Shown here one piece after another: positions 58,034 through 64,000 of a stretch of 64,000 nt of DNA (position 1 is its first letter; each line of letters starts with the position of its first letter). The translations under genes and the position numbers were made by a program. The stretch is from Oligoflexus sp. (GTDB taxonomy: Bacteria; Bdellovibrionota_B; Oligoflexia; Oligoflexales; Oligoflexaceae): NCBI GenBank assembly GCA_014377445.1, contig JACMPP010000023.1, positions 1,539 to 65,538 on the forward strand. The letters are read 5' to 3'. The notes beneath the pieces are model-generated. The model saw only the letters and a list, made by a program, of their open reading frames with translations, was not told where the DNA came from and made no database searches.

Positions 58034-58717
58034 TTAAACGACTTGGACCGATTCAAAATCTTTCCATTGCTGCAAATGCAGACCTTCTTTTCGCAGAAGG
58101 TTATTCAGCACCGATCCCGTCACTTCACAGTCACCGATGGAACGGTGACGGGCGGCGAAGCTCAGTTCATAGTGCTTGGCTAAAGTATCGAGATTTTTGG
58201 ACTCGAGATCAGGCAGAAGCTGTCTCGCCATTTTTAAAGTACAGAAGCAGGGGTAATCGATTTGATATCCCTGGCGTTGTGCGGCCGACCTGAGGAAGGC
58301 CATATCGAATTCGGCGTTGTGCGCGACGAGCACGGATTTATCGATAAATTGCAGAAAGCCCGGCATCACGGCTTCGATCGCGGGCTGGCCTTCCAGCATT
58401 TCCTCGGTGATGCCTGTGATCTTGGTGATGATCTCCGGCAAGGGGACTTCGGGCTTGATCAGGGAGGAGAAGTCGCCTACGCGCTCGCCCTTCACGTATT
58501 TGATGGCACCGATCTCGATGATGCGGTCCCGTAACGAATCGAGGCCGGTCGTTTCAAAGTCGAAGATCACGATCGGGAAATTCATGACTAGAGAGTCTGG
58601 CGCGAGATGGTGACGCAAAACCTTTTGGAGGAACAACTGTCCCTGCGAGCCGAGCGATTCATCTTCGTCGCTTGGAAAAAGGATTTCTTGAAACATCGAG
58701 TTGCGTAAGACGGCCAT
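58034..58717 (-). CDS. DEDDh 3'-5' exonuclease (DnaQ/PolC-like)
   Basis: ExoI DFETTG, ExoII AHNAEFD, ExoIII HRSIGD. Confidence 0.9.
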   Translation of the reverse strand: MAVLRNSMFQEILFPSDEDESLGSQGQLFLQKVLRHHLAPDSLVMNFPIVIFDFETTGLDSLRDRIIEIGAIKYVKGERVGDFSSLIKPEVPLPEIITKITGITEEMLEGQPAIEAVMPGFLQFIDKSVLVAHNAEFDMAFLRSAAQRQGYQIDYPCFCTLKMARQLLPDLESKNLDTLAKHYELSFAARHRSIGDCEVTGSVLNNLLRKEGLHLQQWKDFESVQVV

Positions 58718-58926
58718 TTATTGCTCAATTTCCGTTGTAGCGTTTTGCCAAAGAATCTAGAACTTAACCTATAAAACAGCTAGGGGCAATACAACCCGGG
58801 AACTATAACATCAGAGTACACTTGCAGCGTGGAAATCAGACCTAGAGTCTTTTGGCCGAGGTATCGGCTTTGCTTCTGTTGTGCTATACACGCCCGATCA
58901 AACGAGTGCCAGATACTTGGGAGTTT

Positions 58927-59943
58927 ATGATGAAAACCTTAGGCCTCAGTCTATGCGCCCTAGCTACTGTCTGCGTAGCGACTTCAGTCCGCGCTGACAC
59001 TCTAGCCGATGTGAAACAGCGTGGTTACCTCAAATGCGGCGTCAGTCAGGGTCTGCCGGGATTTTCCACGGCCGATAAAGAGGGTCATTGGTTCGGAATT
59101 GATGTCGATTTATGCCGAGCCATTGCTGCAGCTGTTCTCGGTGATCAATCCAAGGTGAAATATACCCCGCTCTCCGCCAAAGAACGCTTCACAGCGCTTC
59201 AATCGGGTGAAATAGACGTGCTATCACGGAACACCAGTTATACATTGCAGCGTGATGCGTCGATGGGAATTGATTTTGCTGGCGTTATTTACTACGACGG
59301 CCAGGGTTTTATGTTGCACAAAAAGTTAGGTGTAACTTCGGCGGCGCAACTCATCAATGCCAGCATATGCATTAATCTCGGCACAACAACTGAACTAAAC
59401 GTCGCTGATTTTTTCCGCTCGCAGAAGATTAAATATAAGCTCGTAACCTTTGAAAAAAATGATGAAGTGGTCGCCGCCTACGACGCCGGCCGTTGCGATG
59501 TCATAAGCAGCGATCAGTCAGGACTTTATGCGGATCGCACCAAGTTGAAACACCCTGAAGACCATGTGGTTCTACCGGAAAAAATCTCCAAAGAACCTCT
59601 GGGACCCGCCGTTCGCCACGGTGACAATCGTTGGGGTGATATCGTGCGTTGGACTCTTTTCACAATGCTTGAGGGGGAAGAACTCGAGGTTGGCATGAAC
59701 ACAATGGAAGCGGCGGAAAAAAGCGAGAAGCCGGCCGTTCGAAGGATTATGGGTGCGGAAGGAGAGCTTGGGAAAAATTTGGGACTTGCGCCTGACTTTG
59801 CCAAAAAGATTCTCTCGCAGGTTGGGAATTACGGTGAAGTGTTTGAAAGAAATCTCGGTCAGTCTTCTCCTTTGAAGATCGACAGGGGTCTAAATAACCT
59901 CTGGTCGAAGGGTGGCCTTCACTATGCGATGCCATTCCGTTGA
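58927..59943 (+). CDS. aapJ: General L-amino acid ABC transporter substrate-binding protein
   Basis: CGVSQGLPGFS, RFTALQSGEIDVLSRNT, ISKEPLGP, VGNYGEVFERN. Confidence 0.92.
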   Translation: MMKTLGLSLCALATVCVATSVRADTLADVKQRGYLKCGVSQGLPGFSTADKEGHWFGIDVDLCRAIAAAVLGDQSKVKYTPLSAKERFTALQSGEIDVLSRNTSYTLQRDASMGIDFAGVIYYDGQGFMLHKKLGVTSAAQLINASICINLGTTTELNVADFFRSQKIKYKLVTFEKNDEVVAAYDAGRCDVISSDQSGLYADRTKLKHPEDHVVLPEKISKEPLGPAVRHGDNRWGDIVRWTLFTMLEGEELEVGMNTMEAAEKSEKPAVRRIMGAEGELGKNLGLAPDFAKKILSQVGNYGEVFERNLGQSSPLKIDRGLNNLWSKGGLHYAMPFR

Positions 59944-59960
59944 GAGGAAATTTGTAAATT

Positions 59961-61106
59961 ATGAATAAATCTCCAGCTAAAAAATGGTTGATCCAGGGGC
60001 TATTCTTTCTCGTCCTGGTCGCCGTCTTCGCTTTTGCCGGACACAACGTGAGCATGCAGCTCAAGGTGCGGGGCATCAGTTCGGGCTTTGATTTTTTGCA
60101 GAATCAAGCCGGCTTCGGTATCGCGTTTCACTTGATTCCCTATTCCGAGACCTCGAGTCTCGGGCGGGTTTTCCTGGTCGGTGCGGTCAACACGCTATTT
60201 GTCTCGATTATCAGTATTGTCTTCGCCAGTGTGATCGGTCTGATCATCGCGCTCTTTCGCATGAGTCCTTTGCCTGTGCTTCGGGCGATCGGGGCTACTT
60301 ATGTCGAGACTTTGCGGAACATTCCTTTGCTGCTGCAGTTTTTTGTCTGGTACTTCGCCGTTCTAAGGCAGTTGCCTATGCCGCTTGAGAGTTGGCGTAT
60401 CGGGAAATCGATTTATCTGAACATTCGTGGTTTGTATCTGCCCTTTCCCGAGGATGCAGCTGCGGTGTGGATGGTGATCGCGGCCTTGATTGTGGGTCTC
60501 ACACTTGGGCATGTGGCGCGAGCGTTGGCGCGGGGGCAACGGGTTCGCAGCGGACGGACGCCTTTGTGGAATTGGGTACCGTTTACTTTGCCTCTCTTAT
60601 TTCCCGTTCTGGCTTTGCTCTACCTCAGGTCGCGTGTGACTTTCACAGTTCCTTACCTGGAAGGGTTTAATTACAGCGGGGGCGCTCAGATTATCCCGGA
60701 GTTAATTGCAGCGATCGCGGCTTTGAGCCTCTACACGGCTTCGTTCATTGCGGAGATTATTCGGGGTGCGGTTGGAGCCGTTTCGAAGCATCAGACCGAG
60801 GCGGCCCTGGCCTTGGGTTTGAAACCCCGTCAGGTCCTCGTGCAGATTATTTTTCCGCAGGCGATGGGTCACATCCTTCCGCCACTGACTTCGCAGTATC
60901 TGAATCTGATTAAGAACTCGAGTCTGGCGGCAGCGATCGCCTTTCCGGAATTGGTTTTGCTCTTCGCCGGAACAAGTTTGAATGTCAGCGGCCAGGCGGT
61001 GGAAATCATGATGATGACTCTTGGTTTCTACCTCGTTGTCTCTCTCTGCCTTTCCGCTTTGATCAACCTTTATCAAGCGAGGGTTTTGCGCTATGAGCGT
61101 CGTTAA
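59961..61106 (+). CDS. aapQ: Amino acid ABC transporter permease
   Basis: GFDFL..AGF, YVETLRNIPLLLQ, QYLNLIKNSSLA. Confidence 0.9.
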   Translation: MNKSPAKKWLIQGLFFLVLVAVFAFAGHNVSMQLKVRGISSGFDFLQNQAGFGIAFHLIPYSETSSLGRVFLVGAVNTLFVSIISIVFASVIGLIIALFRMSPLPVLRAIGATYVETLRNIPLLLQFFVWYFAVLRQLPMPLESWRIGKSIYLNIRGLYLPFPEDAAAVWMVIAALIVGLTLGHVARALARGQRVRSGRTPLWNWVPFTLPLLFPVLALLYLRSRVTFTVPYLEGFNYSGGAQIIPELIAAIAALSLYTASFIAEIIRGAVGAVSKHQTEAALALGLKPRQVLVQIIFPQAMGHILPPLTSQYLNLIKNSSLAAAIAFPELVLLFAGTSLNVSGQAVEIMMMTLGFYLVVSLCLSALINLYQARVLRYERR

Positions 61107-62115
61107 CGCTAAAATCGGGGCGAAGCAATCGCTCTTGCAAAAATCCATCAACGCCGTCCTACTCCTGATCCTCGCCGGGCTTTTGTTTCCGGTCTTCAAG
61201 TGGGCCATCATCGATGCTCAGTGGGCCGGTACGGACCGCTGCACAGGCGATGGGGCCTGCTGGGTTTTCATCAAGCTTCGTTTGATGACGTTTATGTTTG
61301 GCTTCTATGAGACGGAGGAACTCTGGCGACCCAGCCTGGTCCTGGCCCTTTGGGCGATTGCGATCGCGACTCTTTTTCGATCGACCTACAGTCGGGGTTT
61401 GAAGATTCTTCCTGCGGTCATCGTGTTGTTGCCATTGCTCAGTTGGGGGCTACTGGATGGCCGTTGGTTTGGGCTTCCTCATGTTGAGACCACGCGTTGG
61501 GGCGGTCTTCTCCTGAGCTTGATGATCACCCTTATGGGATTGAGTCTGGCTTTTCCCTTGGGGCTCCTGCTTGCGCTCGGGCGAATGTCGGACCTGCCTT
61601 TGATCAAGGCCGGCTCGGTGGCCTTTGTTGAACTCTGGCGCGGCGTGCCCTTGATCGCTGTCCTGTTTATGAGTTCGGTGATGCTGCCGCTCGTTCTGCC
61701 GCCAGGCACCGAGCTTGATAAACTGATTCGTGTGCTGGTAGGTGTGGCTTTGTTTACCAGCGCCTATCTTGCAGAAGTGATTCGTGCGGGCCTGCGGGGC
61801 GTTCCGTCCGGGCAGGCTGAAGCCGCAGCCGCTTTGGGATTGATGGGCTGGCAACGATTGTTTTTAGTCGTCCTTCCCCAGGCCTTGCGTTCCGTGATTC
61901 CAAGCTTGGTGAATAGCTTCATCAGTCTCTTCAAAGACACGAGTTTGGTGATGATCGTCGGTATGTTCGATCTCCTCGGAACCGTACAGCAGGCGAACAC
62001 CGATCCCTACTGGTTGGGTTATTCGACGGAAGGTTACCTCTTCGCAGGACTGGTTTACTGGGCCATGTGTTTTACTCTATCCCGCTTCAGCATGAAACTT
62101 GAACAGGCGAGGTGA
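61093..62115 (+). CDS. aapM: Amino acid ABC transporter permease
   Basis: GACWVFI, WGGLLL, ELWRGVPLI, FISLFKDTSLV. Confidence 0.9.
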   Translation: MSVVNAKIGAKQSLLQKSINAVLLLILAGLLFPVFKWAIIDAQWAGTDRCTGDGACWVFIKLRLMTFMFGFYETEELWRPSLVLALWAIAIATLFRSTYSRGLKILPAVIVLLPLLSWGLLDGRWFGLPHVETTRWGGLLLSLMITLMGLSLAFPLGLLLALGRMSDLPLIKAGSVAFVELWRGVPLIAVLFMSSVMLPLVLPPGTELDKLIRVLVGVALFTSAYLAEVIRAGLRGVPSGQAEAAAALGLMGWQRLFLVVLPQALRSVIPSLVNSFISLFKDTSLVMIVGMFDLLGTVQQANTDPYWLGYSTEGYLFAGLVYWAMCFTLSRFSMKLEQAR

Positions 62116-62118
62116 TTT

Positions 62119-62862
62119 ATGACGAATACAAATCTAGCAATTGAAATGAAAAATATTGAAAAGACCTACGGGACCTTTCACGCCCTCAAACACGTCAACC
62201 TCGAGCTGGAAGCCGGCAAGAAGCTGGTGGTCTGCGGACCTTCCGGATCTGGCAAATCCACCTTGATTCGCTGCATCAATGGTCTTGAGACCTTCGATGC
62301 CGGAGAGGTGATGATCTGGGGCGAAAAACTGGAAAGCAAAAAGCTACAAAAGGTCCGCAGCGAAATGGGGATGGTTTTTCAACAGTTCAATCTCTTCCCT
62401 CATCTTACGGTTCTGGAGAATCTCACGCTCGCCCCCATATGGGTGAAAAAAGTTCCGCAGGCTGAGGCCGAAAAACAAGCCAAGGAAATGTTAGAGCGCG
62501 TGAAGATGATCGATCACGCCCACAAATACCCGGCCCAACTCTCGGGTGGGCAGCAGCAACGCGTGGCGATCGCCCGGGCCCTGTGCATGAATCCCAAGAT
62601 CATGCTTTTCGATGAGCCAACATCCGCCCTCGATCCGGAGATGATCAAAGAGGTCCTAGATGTTATGCTGGAGCTTGCTGTCAGCGGTATGACGATGATC
62701 TGCGTGACCCATGAGATGGGTTTTGCCCGCCAGGCCGCCGATCGCATTATATTCATGGATGCAGGAGAAGTGATTGAAGAGGCGACACCGGAAGAATTCT
62801 TCACGAAGCCGAAGACCGAGCGCGCCCAGCTTTTCCTTTCGCAGATTCTGCATCAGGCCTAA
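62119..62862 (+). CDS. aapP: Amino acid ABC transporter ATP-binding protein
   Basis: [36 protein letters not shown]. Confidence 0.93.
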   Translation: MTNTNLAIEMKNIEKTYGTFHALKHVNLELEAGKKLVVCGPSGSGKSTLIRCINGLETFDAGEVMIWGEKLESKKLQKVRSEMGMVFQQFNLFPHLTVLENLTLAPIWVKKVPQAEAEKQAKEMLERVKMIDHAHKYPAQLSGGQQQRVAIARALCMNPKIMLFDEPTSALDPEMIKEVLDVMLELAVSGMTMICVTHEMGFARQAADRIIFMDAGEVIEEATPEEFFTKPKTERAQLFLSQILHQA

Positions 62863-62868
62863 GAGGAG

Positions 62869-63750
62869 TTGCACTTGAAGACCATGGCCGTTTCTATTTT
62901 ACTGCTAGTGATCGGTATGCTTTCGATACAGTTCGGGGCAACGATGGCGAAGCACATGTTTGATACGGTTCATCCCGCGACCATAACGATGGTACGGGCC
63001 GGCTTCGGTGCATTTTTTCTCCTCGCCTGCTTTCGTCCCTGGCGTGAGCCGATGCAAGTCGGTGCCTGGCCGAAGGTCATCGTCTACGGTGGCGTTCTCG
63101 GGATCATGAACCTCGTCTTCTACCTCGCCCTCAAAAGGATTCCTCTCGGTATCGCGGTGGCATTGGAGTTCATCGGCCCCTTGGGTGTGGCGTTGATCGG
63201 CTCGCGTCGGCTCATCGATCTCCTTTGGGTTTTCCTGGCTGCTGTTGGGATCTATCTCATTGCGCCGATCGATGGTGTTAACGGGGCTCTTGATCCTGTT
63301 GGAATTGCATTGGCACTCGCTGCGGGTCTCTGTTGGGGGCTTTATATCATCTTTGGCAAGCGCATCGGTGATGTGGCCTCGACCCGTCAGGCGGCGGCCT
63401 GGGGTATGGTTGTTGCCGCTTTGGTGGTTTTGCCTTTTGGTCTTTACAAAATGAATGCTGAGGTCATGGCGAGTCGTGATTTCTGGACGCGGGCCATCGT
63501 TGTGGGCGTGCTTTCCAGCGCTGTTCCCTATACGCTTGAGATGATTGTCCTGAAGAGAATGGATTCCAAGACCTTCGGAACCCTGATGAGCATCGAGCCT
63601 GCTTTGGCTGCGACCATGGGGTTAGTCTTCTTGCACGAAGTTCTGAGTTCGACCCAGATTCTTGCGATGTTTGCAATTGTGTCCGCTTGTTTGGGGGCAA
63701 CGCTCACTGCGCCGACGTCTAAGGATGTGACCCTGGACGGTGTCGGGTGA
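62869..63750 (+). CDS. rhtA: EamA/DMT transporter, RhtA-like threonine/homoserine exporter
   Basis: SIQFGA..AK, RIPLGIAVALEFIGPL, LSSAVPYTLEM, FGTLMSIEPA. Start may be ATG 62884. Confidence 0.85.
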   Translation: MHLKTMAVSILLLVIGMLSIQFGATMAKHMFDTVHPATITMVRAGFGAFFLLACFRPWREPMQVGAWPKVIVYGGVLGIMNLVFYLALKRIPLGIAVALEFIGPLGVALIGSRRLIDLLWVFLAAVGIYLIAPIDGVNGALDPVGIALALAAGLCWGLYIIFGKRIGDVASTRQAAAWGMVVAALVVLPFGLYKMNAEVMASRDFWTRAIVVGVLSSAVPYTLEMIVLKRMDSKTFGTLMSIEPALAATMGLVFLHEVLSSTQILAMFAIVSACLGATLTAPTSKDVTLDGVG

Positions 63751-64000
63751 GGGTGTTTTTTATTCCTCTATGTCATCGCCTGAAATATTTATCTTCAGCC
63801 AGCCATCGGCAAAGTCAGGCGCACGGTCGGGAATGATTCGATAAAGCCTTTGATCCATACAATGTGAAGGCCAGTGAACTGGAATTTTGCTGAGAAAATT
63901 TGCTAAATATTCCTCCGGCGCTGCAATAGATCGAGCCTGAGAATGTCTAGTTTGCGAAGCCGGTAGCAATGGAGTTGACGGCATCTAACTCTCAGTAAGG

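Noticed and set aside
63760-63984. 74-aa minus-strand ORF at the window end
   Set aside because: No clear SD, an in-frame stop immediately upstream and no motif; may be a gene fragment but cannot be supported without the flanking sequence.

Overview
Gene-dense chromosomal window, probably from an Oligoflexia/Bdellovibrionota-type bacterium. The taxonomy is inferred from the MCP signature, a DUF6178-like gene and sigma-28 promoter style, and was not checked against a database. Core genes include hemD, cmk, aroA, ogt, ihfB, pyrD, fadA/fadN, tkt, a large PBP1A, hemL, speA, rsmD, coaD, an acyl-CoA carboxylase/AtuA operon, a DEDDh exonuclease and aapJQMP. I found no rRNA, tRNA, CRISPR array, prophage or intact IS, and no single clear-cut new system. 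The best leads are: (1) four sigma-28 (FliA)-type promoters in front of a Lys-rich H1-like protein, a STAS/Zn-ribbon plus diguanylate cyclase pair, an MCP, and a sulfite/nitrite-reductase-like domain fused to a long acidic tract; (2) a GTAG/REP-like hairpin at about 17.45 kb with a local, roughly mirror-symmetric loss of C-ending codons on both sides; (3) five intact ORFs whose catalytic motifs are degenerate (GH1, SMC/YhaN-like, HtrA, MqnA-like, HTH-IrrE); (4) a frameshifted IS630 transposase remnant next to an AT-rich MCP. All calls come from manual motif recognition.
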